From Candidatus Dormiibacterota bacterium (GTDB lineage Bacteria > Chloroflexota > Dormibacteria > Aeolococcales > Aeolococcaceae): a stretch of 64,000 bases of DNA. Below are positions 40,743 to 49,111 of the stretch, in pieces. The stretch's first letter is position 1, and each line of letters starts with the position of its first letter. The position numbers and the translations under genes were made by a program. The notes under the pieces were generated by a model. It was not told the origin of the DNA. It was given only the letters and a program-made list of their open reading frames with translations, and ran no database searches. The stretch is from the NCBI GenBank assembly GCA_036844485.1, contig DAIUFS010000002.1, positions 11,085-75,084 on the forward strand, given 5' to 3'.

Positions 40743-41497
40743 TCGGAGATGCCGCCGCCCTGCGGGCGACCGCCTGGCGCTCGCGCAGGATGCCGCGCAG
40801 CGTGGCCGCGCGCGAGCTCGCCATCGTGCTCAGCCGGCCACGTGCGCTGGCCATCAAGGCGGGGCTGCCCCTTGCCCTGGCGGTCGTGCTGGTCGCGGGT
40901 CATGCACCGACCTTCTGGGCGGGGATGCTGCTCACCGTCCTGGTCGCCATGGTCGGTGCGGTGGGCACGGCGGTGACGGTGAGCCGGGCCAGGGACGCCG
41001 GTTTTCTGACACGACTGGCAGCAACTCCCGGGTCTCGGCCGCGGTTGCTGGTCGGGTGGGTCCTGGCCGCCGCCGCGGTGGACGTGGTCCAGCTGCTACC
41101 GGTGGCGCTGGCTGCCTGGATCGACGGAGGCGGAGGCGCCACCGAGCTCGTGGTGCTGGTCACCGTTCTCGCCGCCACACTGGTGGTCACCAATGTGCTG
41201 GGCAGTCTCATCACCCTGGCCGCGGCGAGCGCCGCCGAGGTGCTGCTCGATGTCGTCGTCGTGCTCGCGCCCCTTCTCTACCTGGGCGGCCTGTTCACCG
41301 GTGTCCCGGCAGCCGGATGGCGAGCCTGGGTAGCCGCGGTCGACCCGTTCAGCCATCTCCACTCCGCATTCATCGGCGTGCTCGGGGGATCGGCGACGTA
41401 TCCCGGTGGCGTCGATGTGGTCGCGGCGCTGGGAGCGGCAGCGGCGGCGACCGCCGTCCTCGCCGGTCTCAGCCGGCGCATCCTGGAACGTGATTGA
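40739..41497 (+). CDS. ABC-2 type transporter permease
   Basis: Six hydrophobic segments. GTGA overlap with the ATPase gene. Confidence 0.62.
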   Translation: MIGDAAALRATAWRSRRMPRSVAARELAIVLSRPRALAIKAGLPLALAVVLVAGHAPTFWAGMLLTVLVAMVGAVGTAVTVSRARDAGFLTRLAATPGSRPRLLVGWVLAAAAVDVVQLLPVALAAWIDGGGGATELVVLVTVLAATLVVTNVLGSLITLAAASAAEVLLDVVVVLAPLLYLGGLFTGVPAAGWRAWVAAVDPFSHLHSAFIGVLGGSATYPGGVDVVAALGAAAAATAVLAGLSRRILERD

Positions 41498-41498
41498 T

Positions 41499-42161
41499 GT
41501 GCCGCGGCGCGTCCGCCGGGGCGCCGCGCTGCTGGTTGCCATGACCGCGCTGTCCGGTTGTGGGTCTGTGTCCTCCGTCCTCGATGCCGGCGCGCTGGGC
41601 CTGCCGTCGCGCAGCTCACCCGCCGCCCTGGCCACCGCCACCGTGTCGACCAGTCCAGACGGCGGCATCTACCGCAACCCCGACCACCTCGAGGTCATGC
41701 TGGTGGCGCGACACAACGTCGACTCCATCGCCGGCCAGCTCGGATCAGCGTCCTCGACGTGGACGCAGCTGCGCAGCTTCGGCGACTTCACCGTGATCGC
41801 CCTGCGTCTTCGCGATGACGGCAAGGTGAGCTCGGATCCGCAGCTCGCCGACCTGCAGATGGCCAGCGACTACGCCCCCACAGGCACCGCCAGCGGACCG
41901 CTGCGCCACTTCTACCACCCCACCTTTCCGCTGGCGCTGGTCGCCGACTCGAACCCCGGCGACGGCTGCAGCATCCATCTCGATCCCGGCCACAGCGGCG
42001 TCGCCATCCTCATCTACCCGCCGGTCAACCTGCCCAGCACGCTGGTGTGGGGCCGCTTCGGGGACTTCGTGCTCAGCGTGCCCACCGGCGGAGCGCTGCC
42101 GCCGCTGTCGGGCGGGCTGCACGCCGAGGCCTGCACCCGGCCCGCGGCGTCGCCGACGTGA
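41499..42161 (+). CDS. predicted lipoprotein, unknown function
   Basis: Signal peptide with lipobox (RRGAALLVAMTALSGCG). The start could be the GTG at 41490 or at 41499. Confidence 0.6.
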   Translation: MPRRVRRGAALLVAMTALSGCGSVSSVLDAGALGLPSRSSPAALATATVSTSPDGGIYRNPDHLEVMLVARHNVDSIAGQLGSASSTWTQLRSFGDFTVIALRLRDDGKVSSDPQLADLQMASDYAPTGTASGPLRHFYHPTFPLALVADSNPGDGCSIHLDPGHSGVAILIYPPVNLPSTLVWGRFGDFVLSVPTGGALPPLSGGLHAEACTRPAASPT

Positions 42162-42727
42162 GCTCGCGCTCGCGAGCGCGCCGCCGTCAGCGCGTCGAGC
42201 TGCCCAGCGCCGGCCAGACGGTGGTCTCGCTGGTGCTCCACCGCGTGGAGGAGGGTGGCCCCTGGCCGCTGACCCGGGTCCTCACCGCGCTGGGCGGGGA
42301 CGCGGTCGAGCGCATCGGTGTGGCTCGGGCCCTCGGGGATCGCCGCGGTGTGCCGCTGGTGCACTCCCAGGAGGTGCGCTGGCGCGAGCACGCGCTCTTC
42401 CTCGAGGCCCGGCACGGGCGTGACGGTGTCGATGAGCTCAGCCTGGAGATGCCTCCGTGGGACGACCTCGTGGCCACGGTCGCCGATGACGAGGTCTGGC
42501 GGCTCATCGACACCGTCGCGGTCGCCGCCGACGCGCAGTTCGGGTCGATCGGAGACGGCGAGCCGCCTGAGACGGTGCTGCCGGACGACGCCTCGACCCT
42601 CCGCGCCCAGCTGCGACGCCATCTCGCCCTGCTCCTGCCGGAGTGGACGGGGGAGGATGTCGCCGCGGCCGGGGCCACCCCGGCGCGCGTGCTCGACAGC
42701 AGCGGCCTGGTGGTGGTGACCGGGTGA
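42158..42727 (+). CDS. hypothetical protein (189 aa)
   Basis: GTGA overlaps at both ends. Acidic, soluble-looking. No family recognised. Confidence 0.5.
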   Translation: MSSRSRARRRQRVELPSAGQTVVSLVLHRVEEGGPWPLTRVLTALGGDAVERIGVARALGDRRGVPLVHSQEVRWREHALFLEARHGRDGVDELSLEMPPWDDLVATVADDEVWRLIDTVAVAADAQFGSIGDGEPPETVLPDDASTLRAQLRRHLALLLPEWTGEDVAAAGATPARVLDSSGLVVVTG

Positions 42728-43080
42728 GCCTCCACGCCCGCCTGGGGGTTGCGGTGTTGCTTGTGGCAGCGGTGGGAGCCCTCCTCGCTCTGCTCGCGCG
42801 CAACCGTCCGGGTGCCGTTCCCACCGTGCGTGTCTTCGTCAGGCTCTGCGCCGCCGCCGCCGCCGTGGAGGCGTTCATCGGGCTGGCCATGGTGGTCGCC
42901 GGCCAGCGCCCCGCCGAGGCCATCCACTTCTTCTACGGCGCGGCGACCGCCATCCCCATCCCCGCCGCCGACCTGCTGGCACGCCGCGTCCACCCGCAGT
43001 CGGAGATGCTCTACCTGCTCGCCGGGGCAGTCGCCACCGTGCTGTTCGGTCTTCGCGCCGTGGCCACAGGCAGCTCGTAA
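42724..43080 (+). CDS. small four-TM membrane protein (118 aa)
   Basis: The GTGA overlap makes it the last gene of the chain. Hydrophobic profile. Confidence 0.5.
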   Translation: MSLHARLGVAVLLVAAVGALLALLARNRPGAVPTVRVFVRLCAAAAAVEAFIGLAMVVAGQRPAEAIHFFYGAATAIPIPAADLLARRVHPQSEMLYLLAGAVATVLFGLRAVATGSS

Positions 43081-43086
43081 CTCCGC

Positions 43087-43842
43087 TCACGCGGCGACCG
43101 CACCGGGCTCCTCGATGACCACCGTGTGGCGCCGGCGCAGTCGCACCAGGGCACCGAGAACCGGCGCGGCGAGGAGCGCGACCAGGATGGCGTTGCCGGC
43201 CGCACGGAAGCTGTCGTACACCAGCGATGTGGCCGCGTAGAACCGCCCGAAGCGCAGGGCCGTGTCTGCGGCATTGAGGCCGGGCACCCACCCGAAGTCG
43301 GCGGCCCCGCGGAAGAAGGTCCAGTCCCACACGTCCATGACCGCCCCGTATGCGAAGCCGGTGGCGACGCCGACGATGGCGAGGATGACGACGTCACGGG
43401 GCTGCGGGGTGCGGCCGCGCCGGGCGCTGCCGGCGAGGCCAGCGGCCGCACCCACCCAGCCGGCGGCGATCATCTCGTACGGCAACCACGGCCCCACCCC
43501 AGCGGTCACCAGCGCCGACACCAGAAGGGCGGTGGCACCGCAGAGGAACCCGTACTCCGCACCCATCGCGTAGCCGGCGCAGAGGATGAGCAGGAACATC
43601 GGTGAGAAACCACCGATTCCGCTCACCAGCGCCAGTCGCAGCGCGGAGTCGAGCGCGGCGATGACCGCGATCAGCGCCAGGCCGCGGGTGTCGAGGCGGC
43701 GGCTCATGATCTCGATCGCCAGCAGCACCACCACACAGCCGATGCTCACCGCCGCCGCTGCCGCGGTGCCGGGCGGTCCCGGACCAAAGAGCGGCCACAG
43801 GAAGAGCGCGACCCCAGCAGCGCTGATCGCGGCCAGTCTCAC
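43087..43842 (-). CDS. ECF transporter substrate-specific (S) component
   Basis: About 6 TM segments. Last gene of the ECF operon; its start overlaps the ATPase stop. Confidence 0.6.
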   Translation of the reverse strand: MRLAAISAAGVALFLWPLFGPGPPGTAAAAAVSIGCVVVLLAIEIMSRRLDTRGLALIAVIAALDSALRLALVSGIGGFSPMFLLILCAGYAMGAEYGFLCGATALLVSALVTAGVGPWLPYEMIAAGWVGAAAGLAGSARRGRTPQPRDVVILAIVGVATGFAYGAVMDVWDWTFFRGAADFGWVPGLNAADTALRFGRFYAATSLVYDSFRAAGNAILVALLAAPVLGALVRLRRRHTVVIEEPGAVAA

Positions 43843-45434
43843 GGTGCCGTCACCGCCCGGGCGCGCGCCGCCGAGAGCACAGTGGCGACCGCCTCGACCG
43901 TGACCGGACCCGGACTGCTGAAGAGCGCGCCCAACTGTGTGGCGTGGTCGTTTGCCGATCCGCTGAGAGCCATCTCCGGCGGGCCGCTGTCGTGCACCAG
44001 TCCCCCGGCGACGACGAGCACGCGATCGGCGAGGGCGGCGGTGAGGTCGCTGTCGTGAGTGGCCACGATCACCGACGTACCCCGAGCGGCGAGCATGCGA
44101 ACGGCGGCCACCAGGCCGTCGCGCGCCGGGCCGTCCATCCCCCGGGTCGGCTCGTCGAGTAGGGCGATCACCGGCGACCCGCAGAGGATCGCGGCGACCG
44201 CGGCTCGCTGGCGCTCGCCGCTGCTGAGGTCGCGCGGATCGCGGGGGCCGAGCGCGTCGACGCCGAGGGCGCGGAGCAGGCTGGGCAGTGCCTCCTCCTC
44301 GATAGGGCCAGAGCTGCGTCGGTCTGCTCGCATGGTCCAGGCGATCTCCGCAGCGACGGTCTCGCGATGGAGGAGCGCCGCGGGATTCTGCGGCAGGTAG
44401 GCGACGCGGCCCGGCTCACGCCACACGGTCCCCGATCGCGGCGAGGCGAGCCCGGCGATGACGCGGAGCAGGGTGGTCTTGCCGGCGCCGTTGCGTCCCA
44501 TCACAGCCACGACCTCGCCGGCGTGGCCGGCGGCGCCGACCCCGCGGAGCAGGTCGTCGTGGCCTGCGACCACCTCGTCGAGACGCCAGGCCGGAACCCC
44601 CGGCCGGCCCGCGGCGCGCGGCATGACCGGCGGCACTGCATTGGAAAGGTGCGATCGCAGCGAGGCGGGCTCGAGGAGAGGGGGGGTCCATCCCATTGCC
44701 GCGGACAGGCGCACCACCTGGGGAGCACTCTCCAACGAGGCGGCGGCGGCCCGGGCGTCGGCTGGTCCGGTGAGGCGGCCGCCGGCGATGCGCAGCACGG
44801 AATCCGCCACCGGGAGGAGATGGTCGAGGCGGTGCTCGGACACGGCGAGGGCCGTCCCCGCGTCGCGCAGCTCGCGGCAGAGCTCCAGCAGTGCCCGAGC
44901 GCCCGGGGAATCCAGCTGGGAGAACGGTTCGTCGAGCACCAGCAGCCGCGGGCGCAGCACCAGTGCGCCAGCGACGGCGACACGCTGGCGCTCGCCGCCG
45001 CTGAGGCTGGCGATGGTGCGGTCGCGGAGATGGCCGATGCCGAGCCGGTCCATGACCTCGCCGACGCGCCGGCGCATCTCGGCCGGCGACGTCCCCAGGT
45101 TCTCGAGGCCGAAGGCGATGTCTCGTTCGACCGTGGCATGGACCGCGTGGCGCTCGGCGTCCTGGAAGACGAAGCCCACCGAGGTGGCCAGCCGCCGCGG
45201 GGCGGTGCGCAGAACGTCGTGGCCGTCGACCGCCGCGCGCCCGCTGATGCGGCCGCCGTGCAGGTGCGGGACCAGCCCGTTGAGCAGGCGAAGGAGCGTC
45301 GATTTACCGCCCCCCGACGGGCCGGCGACCAGGCAGATGCCGCTGTCGAGGGCGAGGTCGACGCAGTCCAGAGCCGGCCCGGCCATCTCCGGGTAGCTGT
45401 AGCGCAGCGTGGCGATGTCTACGAGCGGTGCCAT
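43839..45434 (-). CDS. ECF transporter fused double ATPase (EcfA1-EcfA2)
   Basis: Two Walker A motifs (GPSGGGKST; GRNGAGKTT), two signatures (LSGGERQRV; LSSGERQRA), two Walker B motifs. The start is the ATG at 45434 or at 45464. Confidence 0.9.
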   Translation of the reverse strand: MAPLVDIATLRYSYPEMAGPALDCVDLALDSGICLVAGPSGGGKSTLLRLLNGLVPHLHGGRISGRAAVDGHDVLRTAPRRLATSVGFVFQDAERHAVHATVERDIAFGLENLGTSPAEMRRRVGEVMDRLGIGHLRDRTIASLSGGERQRVAVAGALVLRPRLLVLDEPFSQLDSPGARALLELCRELRDAGTALAVSEHRLDHLLPVADSVLRIAGGRLTGPADARAAAASLESAPQVVRLSAAMGWTPPLLEPASLRSHLSNAVPPVMPRAAGRPGVPAWRLDEVVAGHDDLLRGVGAAGHAGEVVAVMGRNGAGKTTLLRVIAGLASPRSGTVWREPGRVAYLPQNPAALLHRETVAAEIAWTMRADRRSSGPIEEEALPSLLRALGVDALGPRDPRDLSSGERQRAAVAAILCGSPVIALLDEPTRGMDGPARDGLVAAVRMLAARGTSVIVATHDSDLTAALADRVLVVAGGLVHDSGPPEMALSGSANDHATQLGALFSSPGPVTVEAVATVLSAARARAVTAP

Positions 45435-46246
45435 GCGACCACGGGAACGGCGAGGAGCAGGCACGCCACCACCCCGACGGTGGTGACGGGGGGGACGGTG
45501 GCGACGGGGAACGGGTACCAGTCGGGCAGGGCCCCGGCGACGCGGGCCGCGATGGTGAGCACCACGGCGGCGAGTGCGCTGGTGATCACCGCTGCGCCCG
45601 ACAGCCCGACCCGTGATGCGAGGTAGTGCGTGCGCGGGCCGCTTCCGAACCCGCGAGCGTCCATCGCCTCGGCAAGCTGGAGCGAGTCGTCGAGGGCGGA
45701 GAGAACCACCGGCGCGGCGACCGCGTGCCAGTCGCGCAGGCGGGCCCCGCTGGACCCGCGCATGCGCTGAGCCTCGTTGATGGCGACCGCGTTGCGAGCC
45801 ATCGCTGGAACGAGGTTGAGCGCCGCCCCGGTCAGCGCGGCGGTGCGCTGCAACGATGCGGGGAAGGCGTCGACCAGGTCGTGGGGATGGAGGACACGGC
45901 TGAGCGGTGCGATCGCCAGCACCGCTGCGGCGATGCCGAGCGCGACGTCGGCGCCGTACAGCGCCGCCTCAACGGTGACGGGTCCGCCGATTCCGGGAAG
46001 CTGCTCGGGCACTGTGAACAGGACGTGCTGGCCGGTATGGCTGAGCGCGGCGTTGAGAAGGGCGGCGAGGACGGCGGCCACACCCACCGCGATGAACATC
46101 GGACGCAGGCGCGCATCCGGCCTGCGGAGCGCGACCAGCACGTTGAGGGCGACGAGCAGGACCAGACCGCGATAGACGGGGTTGGTGCTGGTGAGCACGA
46201 CGACCAGCGCCGCGGCGGACCAGGTGGCGAAGGCGCGTGAGCTCAT
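45419..46246 (-). CDS. ECF transporter transmembrane component EcfT/CbiQ
   Basis: Polytopic protein with the coupling-helix region AINEAQRMRG...SLQLAEAMDARGF. Confidence 0.8.
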   Translation of the reverse strand: MSSRAFATWSAAALVVVLTSTNPVYRGLVLLVALNVLVALRRPDARLRPMFIAVGVAAVLAALLNAALSHTGQHVLFTVPEQLPGIGGPVTVEAALYGADVALGIAAAVLAIAPLSRVLHPHDLVDAFPASLQRTAALTGAALNLVPAMARNAVAINEAQRMRGSSGARLRDWHAVAAPVVLSALDDSLQLAEAMDARGFGSGPRTHYLASRVGLSGAAVITSALAAVVLTIAARVAGALPDWYPFPVATVPPVTTVGVVACLLLAVPVVAWHRS

Positions 46247-46249
46247 CCG

Positions 46250-46921
46250 TCAGCCCAGCAGGAGGTCGGCGAAGACGAAGCCGTCCCGCGCCACGACCTC
46301 GCCGGCGGTGACCGGGACAGGACGTTCAAAGCCGGGCCCGTGCCAGGCAAATGTGTGGAACTCGCCGCGCTCCCCGCACGGATCGCAGCTCGGCGGGAGA
46401 CGATCGAGGAGGGTGCTGTCAAAGCTCTGCCCGGCGAAGCCGGCGTCGAGCTGGGCAGGATCGACGCAGGTGAGCACCGCGCGCACGCCGGCGCCCACCA
46501 TCTCGCGAGCAAGCGCGCCGGTGTCGCGTCCCCACAGGGGAAACAGGGGTGAGATCCCGCTACCGGCGAGGCGCTCCTCACGGTACGCACGGATGTCGGC
46601 GAGGAACAGGTCACCGTACGCCAGGTGCGTGATCCCCTCGCGGCGAGCGCGCTCCATCACCTCTGCCATGGCAGCTTCGTACTCCGCGTTCGAGCAGGGC
46701 GAGGGAATGGCGACCTTCCAGACCGGCAGTCCAACCGCTGACGCCTGCAGATCGAGCAACTGCTCGCGCACCGCGTGCATGGCAACACGGCCTGCGGCGG
46801 CGTTCACAGTGGTGACCAGACCGACGACCTCCACCTCATCCGCGTCACGCAGCACCGAGAGCGCGTAGGCGCTGTCCTTGCCACTGCTCCAGGACAGCAG
46901 AGCGCGGGGCCGGCCGCTCAC
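46250..46921 (-). CDS. Dph6/MJ0570-related adenine-nucleotide alpha-hydrolase (ATP pyrophosphatase) family protein
   Basis: PP-loop-like SWSSGKDS, AYGDLFLADIRAYRE, PLFPLWG, GERGEFHTF. The GTG at 46921 overlaps the upstream stop (GTGA). Confidence 0.75.
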   Translation of the reverse strand: MSGRPRALLSWSSGKDSAYALSVLRDADEVEVVGLVTTVNAAAGRVAMHAVREQLLDLQASAVGLPVWKVAIPSPCSNAEYEAAMAEVMERARREGITHLAYGDLFLADIRAYREERLAGSGISPLFPLWGRDTGALAREMVGAGVRAVLTCVDPAQLDAGFAGQSFDSTLLDRLPPSCDPCGERGEFHTFAWHGPGFERPVPVTAGEVVARDGFVFADLLLG

Positions 46922-47793
46922 GGCTGCCACCGCGGGGGCGACCGGCGACGGCGTGGTCGGATCACCTGGACGGCGAGCATGACCAGAAGGACGGCGGCGA
47001 GTCCGGACGCGGCCCATGCTCCGGTGCTGAAGGAGCTCGGCCCGGTGGGGGGAGCCGTGCGGCTGGTGGCGATGCTCGCGCGAGCCGAGGCGCTCGCGGT
47101 TGCCGCGCCGCCGCTGGGACTGCCGGGCGCGGGCTGAACCGCGGAAGGTGGCGAAGCGGAGGTGGCCGCTGTCGCAAGCGAGTGCGATGGCGGGATCACT
47201 GTCGATCGAGACGCACTCGTGGACGTGGCTCTCGGGATCGGCGTGGGCGTTCTCACCGGTACGGGTGTGGGCGAGATGGGGAGCGGACAGACCCCGGCGG
47301 GCAACGGGGGAACGGAGGAAGCGCTCTGGCTTTCGTATCGGAAGCCCTCGGCATCGCCGTCACGGAACGTCTGCGACGAGATGCCGAGGCTGGAGGTCAG
47401 CCAGGATCCACCCGCGCGACTGACGAGCATCGCCCAGTAGGGACTGCTGGCCGTCCAGCAACCGGGGGGGTACGAGGACGGTTCGTAGTCGATCTGGCAG
47501 ACCGCCTTCCCTGTTGAGCCGTAGTCGGCGGTGGCGTACTGGACCCCGCTGCTGGCGAGCAACTGATCGCCGGTGATGGAATCTGCCGTGAACGACACGC
47601 ACACCTTGAGGGTCGCTCCATCACTGTGCTCAACGACCAGCGCTGCGTGGTGCACCGTCGCCGCCTGTGCGCAGCCGGAGACCGCCGGCCCCACCTTGGT
47701 CGCCGCCCCGACCACCGTGACGGCGGCCAGCGCGGGAGCGACCGCGAGGATGCGGGCAAGGACTCGGAATGGCGGACGACCGCTGGTCATCAT
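46918..47793 (-). CDS. secreted DUF4430-like (transcobalamin beta-domain-like) protein with a Pro/Ser/Thr linker and a sortase-type C-terminal anchor
   Basis: Signal peptide, then ITGDQLLASSGVQY...GKAVCQIDY...YWAMLV..GGSWLTS..G.S...RDGDAEGFRY. C-terminus: APPTG + hydrophobic segment + RPRRRR. Confidence 0.6.
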   Translation of the reverse strand: MMTSGRPPFRVLARILAVAPALAAVTVVGAATKVGPAVSGCAQAATVHHAALVVEHSDGATLKVCVSFTADSITGDQLLASSGVQYATADYGSTGKAVCQIDYEPSSYPPGCWTASSPYWAMLVSRAGGSWLTSSLGISSQTFRDGDAEGFRYESQSASSVPPLPAGVCPLPISPTPVPVRTPTPIPRATSTSASRSTVIPPSHSLATAATSASPPSAVQPAPGSPSGGAATASASARASIATSRTAPPTGPSSFSTGAWAASGLAAVLLVMLAVQVIRPRRRRSPPRWQP

Positions 47794-49034
47794 GGAGCGG
47801 ACGAAGGTCGCCTCCCGAGCCGGGCGGCGGCCAGCGCGAGAGCGCCCAGACCGATCAGCGCGAGCGACAGACCGACTCCGGGGCCGGATCCAACCGACGC
47901 CCCCGTCGACGGCACGGTTATCGCAGCAGAACCCCGGGCTGCGGCCGTGGCTGTGGGTGACGGTGACGGTGACGGTGTCGTCGTGACCGCAGGAGGTGGC
48001 GACGTTCCCGCCGCGACGACGGTGGCGGCGACGTACGGCTTGAGCGCGAGCGCCTGCGGAATCCCGCTGGTGGTGAAGGCATCAGGGCCGCTGTTCTCCG
48101 GGAACACGTAGCCACCGCTGCCCTGCGCATCCGCGAACGACTCCATGTCCTTCAACGGGTTTCCTCCACCTGCTGTGGTCCACGCGGTCCCCGTGGGGTC
48201 CTGGCTAACGGCGACCAGCGCCTGGATGACGCCGGCGTCGCTGTCGGGATCGGTGGGACCTGCGCTGAAGCCGAAGCCGCCGCTGGTCTGCTGGATGGAG
48301 CGCAGGTACGTCTCGGCGGCGCTGTCGGCGCTGGTGATCCCGGCCGCACCGAGCGCCTCCAGGATGATCGCCGTGTCGTTGCTGTCGCTGGAGGTGTCAC
48401 CGCATGGCGCCGGCAGGGTGACCGTGTCGTTGATGGCGTATCCGAAACCGCCGCCGGATCGCTGCGCGCAGGTGAGCCATCGCGTGGCATTGGCGGGCAG
48501 GGGCAAGTGCCCGGCGGCGACATCGGCGAGCACCGCCAGCGATTGCGAGAACGCGTTGGCCGTTTCCACCGTCGGGTTGGCGTTGTGGAAGGCACCGTTG
48601 GGCTCCAGGTACCCACCCGCGCCGGTCGCTGTGTTGAGCTTGCTCAGCAGCGCGGTGCCGTCGATGGCGGCCGGTTTGCCCGCCGCCACCCACGCGAGAA
48701 TGTACTTTGCCGCGCCACCCGCGGTGGTGATCGTGGACACGTGCGCGCTCAGGTAGTCATACGCCGAGGTTCCCGAGGAGGAATTCTTCAGCGTCGCCGG
48801 ATCGTACCCGTTGTCTGCGTCGCTGATCACCGTGTCCTCGGTGGCGCCCATCGACCCCGCGATGCTGCCGTCGGTGCCCTCCTGGGCGTACAGGTAGCGC
48901 AGCGCCGCGTTCGCCTGCGATGTCTGGGGTGTCGCCGCCGAGGCCACCAGGCCGGCAGTTCCGAAGATGAGGCCACAGGCGGTCAGAGTCGCGCCGACCG
49001 CTGTCATCTGGCGTCGCATCGAGGTTCTCCTCAC
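47790..49034 (-). CDS. secreted alpha/alpha-toroid (prenyltransferase/terpene-cyclase-repeat-like) protein with a sortase-type C-terminal anchor
   Basis: Signal peptide and repeated xxGGF/GGY motifs (SGGGFGY, TSGGFGF, GSGGYVF, GAGGYLEPNG). C-terminus: VPSTG + hydrophobic segment + RLGRR. Confidence 0.55.
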   Translation of the reverse strand: MRRTSMRRQMTAVGATLTACGLIFGTAGLVASAATPQTSQANAALRYLYAQEGTDGSIAGSMGATEDTVISDADNGYDPATLKNSSSGTSAYDYLSAHVSTITTAGGAAKYILAWVAAGKPAAIDGTALLSKLNTATGAGGYLEPNGAFHNANPTVETANAFSQSLAVLADVAAGHLPLPANATRWLTCAQRSGGGFGYAINDTVTLPAPCGDTSSDSNDTAIILEALGAAGITSADSAAETYLRSIQQTSGGFGFSAGPTDPDSDAGVIQALVAVSQDPTGTAWTTAGGGNPLKDMESFADAQGSGGYVFPENSGPDAFTTSGIPQALALKPYVAATVVAAGTSPPPAVTTTPSPSPSPTATAAARGSAAITVPSTGASVGSGPGVGLSLALIGLGALALAAARLGRRPSSAP

Positions 49035-49111
49035 GGCGCGGGAGTCCCGCGACGATGAGGCCCTCGCCGCGTGAGGGACCCACCTCCCGTTTCGCGCGGG
49101 CTTGCAGTGGT

